This document shows positions 53,101 to 63,900 of a stretch of 64,000 nucleotides of DNA, one piece after another. Positions within the stretch are counted from its first letter, which is position 1. Every line of letters begins with the position of its first letter. Origin of the DNA: Camelus dromedarius (lineage: Eukaryota). Below the pieces are notes generated by a model. That model did no database searches, had not been told where the DNA came from, and worked only from the letters and a program-made list of their open reading frames with translations. Made by a program: the position numbers and the translations under genes. The stretch covers positions 26,104,001 to 26,168,000 of the forward strand of contig NC_087437.1 in assembly GCF_036321535.1 (NCBI RefSeq). Reading direction: 5' to 3'.

Positions 53101-54834
53101 AATAGAAAAAGACCTAAAGGAAATGCAACCAAAATGTTAAATGAGAGTTGTTTGTAGGTAAAAAGACTGACTTTTTCCCTCCCTTCTAGCTTATATTATT
53201 CAAAAAAGTTTTAACAATCATATATTTTAAAGTATAAAAATATAAATAAAAAAATACCCCCAAATCAACTGTAAAATGCATGTGTTACAAATAAATTTCA
53301 CTGACTACTGAGTTTTTGTTCTATAAATTTTCAGTTCTATTGTGTTGAAATTACATTTTTTTAGTCTTAAAACACAATTGGGTAGAAAAGAAAACTACCA
53401 GTTAGTAATCCATCAAAATTATTTTTTAGATAGCAGTTAAAAATATCAAGCATTTGAATCTTCTAATTCATGCTTGCTAAATCAGCTAACTCATTTCAAA
53501 CACTGGTAGTATTTCCTTTTCTGCTTTCACAGAAGTTATATTTTTTAGTTAGGTAGCAAATTTGCATTGCAAGTTTGCTGAAAATACAAACTGCTGTTAG
53601 AATAGAAAATAGTAGTTTACAAAATCTGAGGATTGTCTATAAATTTAAAAACATATGCATACGTGCAGTAAATTGACCCCTTTCAGTGATTATCATCTAT
53701 TCAGATGCCATATTTAGCAATTTTAATGAATAAATCACTTGATAGTCAAAAGACAGTAGATGAACTCCACAGCTGTCAGTGTAGCTGGCACCGGAGAATC
53801 ACAGAGGGTGAACGGATACCACCAGAATCCCCTCCCTCCCTTCCTTCCTGCCTTCCTTCTCCATCTTTTTATTTGGATAGCTTCAAAACTATGTAAAATT
53901 CAGAACAGTACAAGGAACACATGTGCATTTCACCTAGATCCACTAATTTGCTCACTCTCTTTCTGAACCGTTGGAAAGAAATTTGCAGACATCAGGAAAC
54001 CTCCCTACTAAATATGTCAGTGCACGTGAGCGCTGCGTTGAGAAAGACCAGCCTGCTGAGAATCCCTTTCCTGTGGGCCGCTTGCCTCTGGCACAGCTGG
54101 TCAGCCTCCCTCCCCCCGTAGGACAGGCTGGAGAGTCTTGGGCTGCTGACCTCTCAGAGTCTAATTTCCCCACCGCCTCCTGCTGAACTTCCACAGTGCA
54201 TGTGCAGCTTGACACCCAGCCATTCAGGCAGAAAGCATTTATTGAGAAGGTCCTTCGATGAGGGAACAGACAGAAACGATGCCTGCGGTCTGAGCCAAGT
54301 CAGTTGCCCTCAACTGTTTCTTTGTCTGAAATGTGGTTGTTAAACCTACTTCCTAAGGTTGCTGAGTGGGCGTCTAACCTGGGGTGATGGGTGTGCCTCC
54401 AGGTCAACAACGAGAGGACTCGGCACATTGCACTCATTGTTATTTACTCAGAGGGTGAAAATCGGGGAGGCAGTGAGGATTCAGGGAAAGGAGCACAGCC
54501 TCTGGGTTCCATGTCCCTGGGTTCTCTCCTTATTAACTGTGGCTTCAGCTACATCCCTCGAGCCCTCTGTGGCCCTGATCAAAATTAATTGTAATAATAA
54601 ATGATGGAAAATAAAATGAACTCCTAAACCTAAACCTAAAGCCATAAACCTAAAGTGTCAGATTAAAGCTCCGAAACACAGTCAGAAAAGCATAGAAGTT
54701 ATTCAGTAGGTAATCAACAAGGGGCAGGAATAAGAGGGGTGGTGGGGAGGGGAAGGGAGGGGAGGAAAGCAAGCCAAAAAAAATGATGTAATTGATTAAC
54801 TTTCTCTACCTTCTAGGGAGACGGACCAGTTTAA
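33067..54834 (+). CDS. TM4SF4: Transmembrane 4 L six family member 4, full spliced CDS over 5 exons, 202 aa
   Basis: Exons of 174+90+137+190+18 = 609 nt join in frame with GT-AG introns. Protein [35 protein letters not shown]...[38 protein letters not shown]...GDYLND...[11 protein letters not shown]...[21 protein letters not shown] closely matches mammalian TM4SF4 as recalled (four hydrophobic segments, CCGCC motifs, GDGPV end). Confidence 0.97.
33978..34067 (+). CDS. TM4SF4: TM4SF4 exon 2 (aa 59-88)
   Basis: Acceptor ttcttttgcccatag; encodes [30 protein letters not shown]; donor gtgagt at 34068. Confidence 0.97.
37581..37662 (+). mobile_element. Vic-1-like SINE, short
   Basis: gggaatagctaagtggtagagtgtgtgcttagcatgcacgagctcctgggtccaatcc. 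Confidence 0.8.
39466..39785. mobile_element. MER33-like hAT-Charlie element
   Basis: Inverted ends tgtccaata...cattggacac; AT-rich body typical of MER33. Confidence 0.75.
39856..40202 (-). mobile_element. TSD-flanked retroposed L1-like 3' fragment
   Basis: TSD tttaacctgg (39846-39855, 40203-40212); T tract at left end; L1-like termini. Confidence 0.65.
40773..40805. repeat. (TG)n microsatellite
   Basis: About 16 GT units. Confidence 0.95.
40857..41065 (-). mobile_element. LINE-1 3' end inserted in a MIR
   Basis: tttttaaaggttatactccatttatagttattacaaagtattggct...tagtttgtacctctta. Confidence 0.8.
41078..41312 (-). pseudogene. Retroposed 28S rRNA 3'-terminal fragment with poly(A) tail (SINE28-like)
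   Basis: Reverse complement reads ...ctggtgctaaacc(gtaaacc)atttgtagatgacctgcttctgggtcggggtttc...atctattgaaagtcagcctttgacacaagggtttgt, matching the 28S 3' end as recalled; T tract 41079-41140; TSD agaccccagttc (41066-41077, 41313-41324). Confidence 0.92.
44766..44902 (+). CDS. TM4SF4: TM4SF4 exon 3
   Basis: Pyrimidine tract ending ttccag; encodes [45 protein letters not shown] plus 2 nt; donor gtaagg at 44903. Confidence 0.97.
45593..45790. mobile_element. MER3-like DNA transposon
   Basis: ttaaaattcctcactcacactagccacatttc...cagtctactaggcag. Confidence 0.6.
51141..51251 (+). mobile_element. Vic-1-like SINE
   Basis: ggggagaggagcgcagtggtagagcgcatgcttagcacgcacgagg...aataaacctaattaccc; tcaagctc on both sides. 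Confidence 0.85.
51807..51996 (+). CDS. TM4SF4: TM4SF4 exon 4
   Basis: Acceptor ...ccccaacag; encodes (G)[63 protein letters not shown]; donor gtaagc at 51997. Translated by hand because it is absent from the ORF track. Confidence 0.96.
54817..54834 (+). CDS. TM4SF4: TM4SF4 exon 5, coding part (GDGPV*)
   Basis: Acceptor tttctctaccttctag, then gga gac gga cca gtt TAA. Confidence 0.93.
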   Translation, partial: GDGPV

Positions 54835-55460
54835 ACCTCTCCGATGAGCTGCTCTAACTTGTCGGCGTGTGAGAAGACGCATTAAATTTACTCTTCTCTT
54901 CTTGGGGTTGCCAATTCCTATCTGCTTCCTGACTGACAAAGCTCAGGGAGGCCAGAGTTGTTCCTTCTCCTTTCCGACCAGCTCAGCTCAAGTTAGAATT
55001 TTATGTCAGTTTCAGATTAAAAAAATAGTTCGGCCACTTAAGTAAAATTTCTAAGTCTTTCAAATTAGCTTCCTTTTAGAATTGAAGAGCAGGTTCAAAG
55101 CAAATATTTTATAATTTTTTCTTTAAGCATGAAAAATACATACGGTTGTGCTTACCACCACACTGTTTCTTTGTATATAGAGGCGTGGATATCTTTGGAA
55201 GTTTTACATAAGCCAAAGGAGGAGAGCACATTAAAAGTGAGAAGCTAAGATCAATTTTCATTTTGAAGATTTATGAGAAAAAAACAGAACGATGGATGTA
55301 TCATAAATAACCTTTATGTGTTGTCTTTTTGGCTAACATGGTTGAATTACTTGTAACTAGCATTTGGGCCTGCCGTCTTGCTAGGGTTTCCTCATGTACA
55401 TTAAATTAAAATCCAAATTCAGAGGTAATATAATAAAGATTGTGTGGTTTTTGAGAGTGA
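54835..55460 (+). other. TM4SF4: TM4SF4 3' UTR
   Basis: AT-rich sequence with no recognised repeat between the stop codon and the AATAAA; end position approximate. Confidence 0.65.
55432..55437 (+). terminator. Polyadenylation signal
   Basis: AATAAA followed by GT/T-rich tgtgtggttttt; ATTAAA variants near 55400. Confidence 0.65.
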
Positions 55461-55807
55461 GGAGCAAAAGATTTTCATCTTCTTTACAAATTGCTTCCTT
55501 TGATCAAAGAAAAAACAATATAAAAAACAATGTTTTAAAAAAGATGATTTGGGTAATAATCTTGTCAGCCTGTGGCCCAGGATTATGGGACTTGATATTA
55601 TCAATTCTATGTGTTATACTAAGATATTAGCTTTAGTTTATATGAGTCAGGCACTAAGATGGAGTCAAATACATCCAGTTGATTTGAGTTCAAACCTCAA
55701 CCACCCACATACCAGTTTGGAGATTCTGGGATGGTTACTTTCTAAGTCTCAGTTTCCCCATCTGTGAAAGGACTATTGAAAAGCCATCAATCATCCAAGA
55801 AATATTT

Positions 55808-56710
55808 TGATGACTGTAGCTTTGTGGTTTAGTCTGAAGATAGGGCATGTGATGCCTCCAGCGTTGCTCTTTTTTCTCAAGATTGTTTTGGCTATTCAGG
55901 ATCTTATGTGGTTCCATACAAATTTCAGTGTTATTTGTTATTATCTGTTCTAGTTCTGTGAAAAATGTCATGGTATTCTGATAGGGGTTGCTTTAAATCT
56001 GTAGACTGCTTTAGACTGTATTACGGACATTTTAACAATGGACAGTTTAACATTTTAACTTCTAGGTCCCTGGTGCTAACAGGCTGGAGGGAGGATTCCG
56101 AAATGGCACTTGCCAATGCCAGGGTTGTCACAACACAATGAGCTTCCCCAAATGACCACCATCCCCACCCCCAGGGGAAATCCTAGTTGCCTCCTGACTC
56201 TCCAGGACGCGCTCCAAGATCAGCACGTGAGAGTGACCCAGGTTCCTTTAAAACTACTACCTCTGTACTGAGTCTCAGAGCATATGAGATTTTGCACGTG
56301 CCCTTTAAGAGTGGAGTCTCTGCTTCCCCAGCTTTCTCCAGCATAAGCCCCGTGTTCTGTTTCAAAACCAGATGTTCTAGGGGCTTGTCTTCCTGGTACA
56401 GGACCCCAGGCTGGGAGCCTGGCATGAGGCTTAGGCCTCTGGCTCCTCGGAAGGAGCCCTCCCATGTGATATTCCTCCTGCTTGCAGACGGCCCATCCGG
56501 GGGTGCGAGCCCCGGCTATACTGTGCCTCTGCCCTGCCTACCTGTCTTATTGTGATCTCTTCTTTAGTCTTTAGTTGTAGAAAGTCTTTTCTGCTAATCC
56601 TCAAGTCATTCTCACAGAGAGTTGCTCTGTAAATAGTGTAATTTTGATGTGCCCTTGGGAGGAGGTGGGCTCAGGGTCTTGCTGTTCTGCTACCTTGGCC
56701 ACCCCTCTCC
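55808..56710 (-). mobile_element. L1 remnant: ORF2 fragment (about 55808-56040) joined to 5' UTR-like segment (about 56060-56710)
   Basis: ORF 55735..55971 begins MTFFTELEQ, an L1 ORF2 motif; the right part resembles a laurasiatherian L1 5' UTR (ggaggaggtgggctcagggtcttg...ccttggcc). Confidence 0.75.
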
Positions 56711-58679
56711 AGAAAATTCTTTCATGGAAGTTACCGAATTTGTGTTGCTTTCTTGAGTACATGACTTATAATCCCTACACTTTGGACTACAAATTCTTTG
56801 AGGCAAGAACAATATCTGATTCTAGTCTAAATGCCCAGCACCTAACAGGGAACCAAGCACTAGGCACTCATTAAATCTGTTGTGTCAGTGAAGGTGCCCA
56901 GGGCCCATTTTTTCTCCCCTAGGTCCTCAGACTGAGTGAGGTAGTGCCCCTCGTCTTGAAACAAACTGTAAGAAGACTTCAAATATGAGCAGCCAAAGTA
57001 AGTAGGAAGTGGTCCTCTGTGTTACAGATTGAACAGGGGGCTGGAGTGATCTTAATACACAGATTCATGAGTATAAAAGTTAAAACTGTGTTTTTCTATA
57101 ACTGCCTTTGGTTTCTGACTCTGAGTACCATGGCCCAGGCTTTAATGTGGGTCATTCTTGGGATTTTGCCTCTGTGTCAGCATCCTACTGGGCCCCTGAG
57201 CACAAGGCGAAAGGCCCACCTGAATGCGGGAAAGGGAAAGAGGAATACTAGGAAGAAAAAATAAAACCAGTTTCCTCAAGATGTCGTCCAGCTACATACA
57301 CACAATATGCTGATGAGTCTGGGCTATTCGTGATGAGGGAGGAAAAGGGAGAAAAGGAATTGCCAGGTTTTACCCAAACACACCAGTCACACATACAGCT
57401 GTAGGCAAGGAGTTGTAACAAAGAGTGGAACAGAGGACATGGAAATAGCACCTGGCTTCTCCTCCCGCTGTCCCAGCCCTGGAGGGTGTCTGCCCCAAGA
57501 CTGAGGGCAGCTCTGCTCTGAGCTGCTTCCAGAAGACACAAAGTCTTTGGAGGATCTCCAGATGGAGACAAAAAAAAAAAAAATGTCAGAAGGAACATTT
57601 CAAGACAGACATCATAATCCTTCAATCGACAAAGACCCAGGTAGCAACAGTATATGACTGAAGACTTTGGACGGATCTCATGAAAAAGGCCCATGAAGGG
57701 CACTCATATTTAGTCAACGAACCATGGAATAACTCCCTTGGCTCACACCCCTGAAGTGCAAGAGAGAAAGTTCAAGGACCTACTGTAGTCTATGGAGTGT
57801 ATTCATCCAAAACATGAAATAGAACAAGTGAAAAAGAGAGAGAGAGGAGAGGCAAGAGGAGGAGGGGGAGAAAAAAGAGAAGAACAGGTCTAGGGTTTAG
57901 AACAATTCATGGGAAAGGACTATTGAGATTGGCCCCAGTGGGGGAAAAAGTCTGCCTTTCTACAAAACTACTTTGCCCTGTGTTAGAAACACTAATGGAC
58001 TGACGCTGACCTTAACCCAGCATATCAGCCATGGTTCAATCAGAGGCTGAAGATCCGTCAGCGTATATATTACAAGGCTTTGCCCTTACTTGCTGTGGGA
58101 GCTAGTTAAGCAGTCTCTGATAGACTGATATCTTTGTGTCTGATGCTGCTTGAAGTCCACGGGCCAGGCAATCAGCAAGGGAAGATGGGTATAAAGCGTG
58201 AGAGAGCACGGACAAGCTGGAAGCCACAGCATGAGCTGAAGCCCATGAGGATGGACTGAACCCCGTGCCAGTTCTTGTTTCCTCTGGCTTCAATAGTATG
58301 GGTGTCCTGCAGAAGCTGGGACTCTTTACCGTGGAGCCAAACACATACTAGGTTGTGCTCGGTCCAGGGACCAGAGAAGCTGAAAATCCTGGGGTAGGTG
58401 AGCAGTTGTTCACCCAGCGGCTGCCTTATGTCAGGGAGGTGAGGCAGAAGACCAGTGACAGTGGGCATGAGCTACCAGGCACTGCTGCTTCCCCCCTGCC
58501 CTCCAGAGCTTGCAGGAATGACTTCGTGTTGCACCCTAACAGGAAACATACAGGAAAGGGGACTTGGGGAAATGCAGTTCCTAGCCGAGTTGACACATTA
58601 CAAAGCCATCTTACTGAGGTTAGAGAAAGGAATGGCTTGTTAGTTTTCTTGACCATGTACATGTCCTCTTGGTGGAGAT

Positions 58680-58905
58680 CAGGGTTTCTCAACCTCCACA
58701 CAATTGACATCTGGGACGAGATAATTCTTCGCCGGGTGTGAGGAGAACTGCCCGGGGCACTGTAGGGTGTTTAGCAGCATCCTTGGCTTCTACCTACTAG
58801 ATTCTAGAATCAGTCTCTCCTTCTCAGCTGTGACAACCAAAAATATCTCTGATATTGCCAAATGTCCCCTGGGAGGACAAACTCACCCCCAGTTGAAAAT
58901 CGCTT
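58680..58905 (+). mobile_element. MER20 DNA transposon
   Basis: cagggtttctcaacct...gtgacaaccaaaaatatctctgatattgccaaatgtcccctggg...cagttgaaaatc. Confidence 0.85.
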
Positions 58906-59929
58906 GTCTAGACCAAGTGCTGCCCAAGGAGAAGAGCCATCATTCTTTATCCTGGATACAACACAGTGTTTACACACAGAAAGTGCCCAGTAATTGGTTA
59001 AGTGCACACATATGTGCATAAACAAACATTTGCCTATCACTGAGTGACACACGTGCATTGAAAAGAAAGTACTCTGCTCCTTAAATGTCCTGACTTCAGA
59101 GCACTGTTTTTCTTGGTCTGAATGCACTCCAGAGATGATCCTCACTGCTATGGTTTAATGACTATGTTTATGACCCCCATGTCTTTATCTCCAGCCCAAA
59201 CCACTGCCCTGCCTGCTATCTGTTTTTGAATGTCTCATTGGTCTCTCAAAGCAACACTTCTAAGCTGAACTCTCCCAGTCCCTCCATACATTCTTCTCCG
59301 GAAATCCTTGTCTCAGCAAATGTCATCATCTACATTAAGTAAACACAGAATCTTAGGAGTGAGCCAAGTTGTGTCCTAAACACAAAACTTGCCATGCTCC
59401 TTCCCTTTCAATGGCTTCCATCAGCCAGCCCCCACTGACCTCTGCAGATCCAGCCCTTGCTCTGCCTGGAACTTGGGGATCCAGTAACTGTCTGCTGTCC
59501 TTGTCACCCCACACACTTTCAAACCCTGGCTTTGCATGTCCTGTGCTGTCTGCCTGGGAACTTTCCCTCTTATTCATCAGGGTAACTGCTGCTTCTCCTT
59601 CAAGACTCAGTTCAGTTCTCATCTTGTCCCAGTTCTTCCTTCGTCATAGCACCCCCAGCTTACCGACAAACTCCACGTTCTCCCATGACATCCTGTGTGT
59701 GTCAGAATGGTTGCTGTTTGCAAGTTATAGCACATGACACTTCCTTCTTTCCCTCTGGACTGAGAACTCCTTCAGCTCAGAACCTCTGTCTCATTGGCAA
59801 CAGTGAGCATGAGCTACCAGGTGCTGGAGCAGCACTGCCACCGACTCACTCTGCGACCGTGGATGTCTTGCTGAACCTCTTCGTGCCTCAGTTGCCTCAC
59901 TAAAGTGTCCCTTTACCAGTTTATCATAG

Positions 59930-60161
59930 AATAGGCTGACCACAGTGAGACCGTTCCTGTCGGACCCTGGCTATCATGCCCCGTTGCTCTCCCAATTGTC
60001 CATTGCTGTGAAGGACTACTGACCCCTCCCGTAAAAGAAAAGCCTTTTCCATTTGTTTTTGAGATGCCAGCGGATTCCTGAGACTGGTAATTCTCCTGTT
60101 GCAATATTCCTTTTGAATAAAGTTTCTCCTTTTCTAAATCCAGATTTGTTTTCATTGGACA
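59930..60161 (+). mobile_element. ERV LTR 3' part (probable)
   Basis: ttcctgagactggtaattctcctgttgcaata...gaataaagtttctccttttc...ttggaca resembles an LTR R/U5 region ending in CA. Confidence 0.5.
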
Positions 60162-60509
60162 CAACTCTATGATAAAGAAACTATAATTAGCCCATTTTGT
60201 ATAAGAGTAAAGTGAGGCTTAGAAAAAATAAATAAATTCCTTGGGACCTCATAAAAAGCATGTGGGAAACTCAGATCATCTAACTAAAATCAGTATTCTT
60301 ATACAGTCTTTCAAAGTGCTTATATAAAGGCACCCCACACACACACACACACACAGTCCCCTTGGTTGCACATTCCTGTGCTTTTTATTTCCCAATTATT
60401 TCTATTTAATGATTTTATTCTGAGTGGAAGAAGCCAGAAGGCAGAGGCAGAATTCGACATCCTCAGGATTACAAAAGAAGAAACCAGTAAAAAGAAGAAA
60501 GAAATGAAA

Positions 60510-60640
60510 GGGAAAGGAAAGGAAGGAAGGAAGAAAGAAAGAAACGAAGAAAAGAAGGAAGGAAGGAAGGAAGGAAGGAAGGAAGGAAGGAAGGAAGGAA
60601 GGAAGGAAGGAAGGAAGGAAGGAAGGGGAAGAAAAGAAAA
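60510..60640. repeat. (GGAA)n purine-rich microsatellite
   Basis: About 17 uninterrupted GGAA units at about 60557-60624 within a longer purine tract. Confidence 0.95.
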
Positions 60641-60789
60641 GCCAGATTCCTAAGCAATCTGCCCCCATCCTGCCAACCGCTGAGAGCTGACACGTGCGTG
60701 GAGTGTGCGCTCTGATGCACATGCCAGTCTTGACGTGGGGGCATCAAAACCACTTAATAGTCACAACCCTCGCCTCCGGGGGAGTTGTA

Positions 60790-60920
60790 ATGTATTATTA
60801 TCACCCATAAGTGAGAAGTGAGGCAACTGAGGCGCGAAGAGGTTGAGCAAGACGTCCAAAGTCACACAGTGAGTCGGTGGCAGCGCTGGCATTAAACCTA
60901 GGACACCTGGCTCCAAGCCT
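60790..60920 (-). mobile_element. MIR SINE
   Basis: tattattatcacccat...gaggcaactgaggc...aggttgagcaagacgtccaaagtcacacag core MIR motif. Confidence 0.75.
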
Positions 60921-63900
60921 GCACCTCCCCTGACCCTACATCCCCCCAGGCTCTGCTGCCCGGTACCCACTCCAACCCCCCACCAAGCGTCCACACACAG
61001 ACCGCCCCGCGCGCGCTACAGCTCCATTGCTTTCCCCGGCCAGGCAAGGTTAAGCTCATTCTCAAGAACGGGCCATGAACTGAGTTCAGTGCAAACAGGC
61101 AGCAGGCACTGCAGACACTGGGTCAAAGGGGAAAATCCACTGGGAGCTGATGTCCAGGATCTGCTTCTGAAAATGCCGAGATCTTGGCAACTGCTGAACA
61201 CGCGCGTCTTTGCTGTCTGGACTTCATGGGCCCGCAGGGTTCACTGCCTCAGTGTGCGTACCTCCTGGGACAGGGACAGACGCGGAGCAGGGCGCCGCCT
61301 GAGTCGGCCGGTTCCGTGCATCCTTGGGAGAGCGCCTCAGTCTCCAGGCCTCAGTTTCCTCCCTGTAAATGAGAGCGATGAGTCAGACCGTTCTAAATTC
61401 CTCTGTCCACCTACGGAAAATTGATTTAATTAAAGGAGATTGGAGCCCAGGCATCAGTGCATTTTTTTTTTTTTTAATTCACCAAGTGATTCTAAGAAGT
61501 AGGCGGATTTGAGAACCACTTCTCTGGAGTGTTTGCAAACTTGAGTATTCACCAAAAATACCTGGAGGGCTTATTCCCACCCTGAAGTTCTGACTCAGTA
61601 GGCGTGGCGGGGGAGGGGGGCATCTCTAGTAAGTTCCCAGGAAAGGCCAGCGCTGCTGGCTCAGGGTCCAGTCTCTGAGAACTGCAGAAACTTTCCCACC
61701 CTCTGAAATGGTCTATATGATCAGATGAGTAATTTTTTCCCCATGTTGGAGAGAAATTTCATAGACTTCATTAGATTCTCAAAGAGACCTATGACCTCAG
61801 AAGGTTAAGAGCCAAATTTAAAATCTAATCACCAATTTAAAGCTTTTTGCAGGCAGGGTTTCATAGCAGATGATTTTGCAACTTGTTCGGGCTTGAAGTA
61901 GTCCCAGGGGAGTGTGTGTATCTATGTGTGTGTGTGTGTGTGTAAGTACCTGGCATTGCCAGGCTCTAGGATGCCAACATACCAAGCAGTCCACCCTCAG
62001 TTTCCCACCCAGAAATTGCACTCAGGGCATCAGGCTGGGGAAGAGGGTAAATAGGACAACTTTCCCCAGCACCAAATGTGAATTTTCGTGGGGGTTGGAG
62101 GGAGAGAGAGAGAGAGAATTCCCGGTAACTCTATGGAAGCCAAAATAAAACCTCTACAGATGACCATGCAGTCTCATGCCCACCGATGTTGGGGCCATAA
62201 ACTTGAGAAAATGAGAGTTATGCCATCTCAGTCACCCTGAGGATCGACTAACTAACATTTAATCAGCATGAATTATCCTCATCCTCTCATCCAAAAGGTG
62301 GCGTGGGAAGTTCATATGTAAAATTTAACGTATATGTTTTGCCAACCTTTCAAAACGTCTATTTTCGTGAAATGTTTTATAATGCACAAGATAACATTAG
62401 GACAGTCACCTATGTATATAGTTTATAAATAGAGAAATAAACATACATACGTTGGGGCTCCATGATAGAAAAGTTTGGAGACTGCTCGTCAAGTGTGCTG
62501 GTCCTCAAACTTGAGAGTGCGCCAGAGTCCCCAGAAGTTGGCTGAATAAATGCAGATTCCTAGCCGTCAACCTCGTTCAGATGCAGGAAGTCAGGGAAAT
62601 TCACATTTTACACTGATATCTTAGGATAACCTGAGGCAGGTGGTCCATGGACTCCACTATGAAGCTTGCTCTTAGAACACCTTATTTTTTTCTTTTTTTT
62701 TTCTGTTTACTTACAAATAACTTTATTCTCACTCAAAAGCTATACATCTTCCTGGCAAGGGATGTGTAGGAGTGCAGATAAGATAACAAAAATGTCAATA
62801 TTCTGCGTGTCCTTCTATTTCCCCCTCCTGTGATGCCCCAGTCTTTCCCCAGCCTCTCCCATTGCTCACTGGCCTGGGGGCACCTGTCACCACACCATGA
62901 CGAAGCCATCTGCTGCCCTCTAATGGCAACAGGGCCCCGCAGGTCACTCAGCAGATAATTTCTAAGCAGGCAGGTTTGGCCCTCTTCCTGAAGAATCCAA
63001 TTTTTCTCTAATATCTCCCAACTGAGGAACATTTTCCAAAAGCCTCTTTAAATCGAGACATGGAAGTGCAAGCAAACAAGTCAATCAAAGAAGGTGCTGC
63101 CCCCAGGAAGGCTTGCAGTGTGAACGACAATCTCACCAACATATTCATTCATTCAACAAATATTGTAAACAGTGTACCAGGCATTGTTCAAGGTGCTAGA
63201 TACTAAACAAACAAAAATCTCTGCTCTCACAGCACTGGCAGTCTCCTGGGGGTGAGACAAGGACATCTTAACTGTTTGATGGTGGTAAGTGCTGTGGAGA
63301 AAAATGTATGTGCCCTGGGAAGAAGAGAGGAAAAAGCTCACCAAGAAAAGAAGGAAATGAACATTTATTGACCACCTTTGAATTAGTGAGTATTCTTCGT
63401 TGAGTCATGTCTCTTGATCTTCACCACTCTCTCATTTAACCAATTTACATGGGAAGAAACTGAAATTCCAAAACCGTAAGAAACTCGGCCAAGGCTGTGG
63501 TGTTAATACTTGCATGGCACTGAACTTCTTAACTGGTTATGGCAACGAAGCCCAGGGCAAGTCCATGAAGGACACCGCCCACACCTGCCCTTCCTCAACC
63601 CACACACACACCTTCTCCAGGACTTGCAGTGCTGCATGGAGTGTGCCAGATTCACTTCCCCCCTTTAACTAAAATTTCCTGTGTTCTCATTCTCTGAAAC
63701 TCCTATTTTACCCTATGCTAATTCCATAAATGGATTCTCTTTCTCGAGTGCAGGGTTTGGTGACTGTTAAATCTCCGCTAATCCCATAAATTAATTTTCT
63801 CCATTTGTAGCCTAATTAGCTACATCATCATTACCAGGTTAAGATATCTGAGGGGGAGCTTTTTCTGGAAACAGTCCTTAATCCTACTAGTGGAAATATC

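Noticed and set aside
60366..60753. ORFs with KEGR / PSFL repeats
   Set aside because: Translations of the (GGAA)n microsatellite
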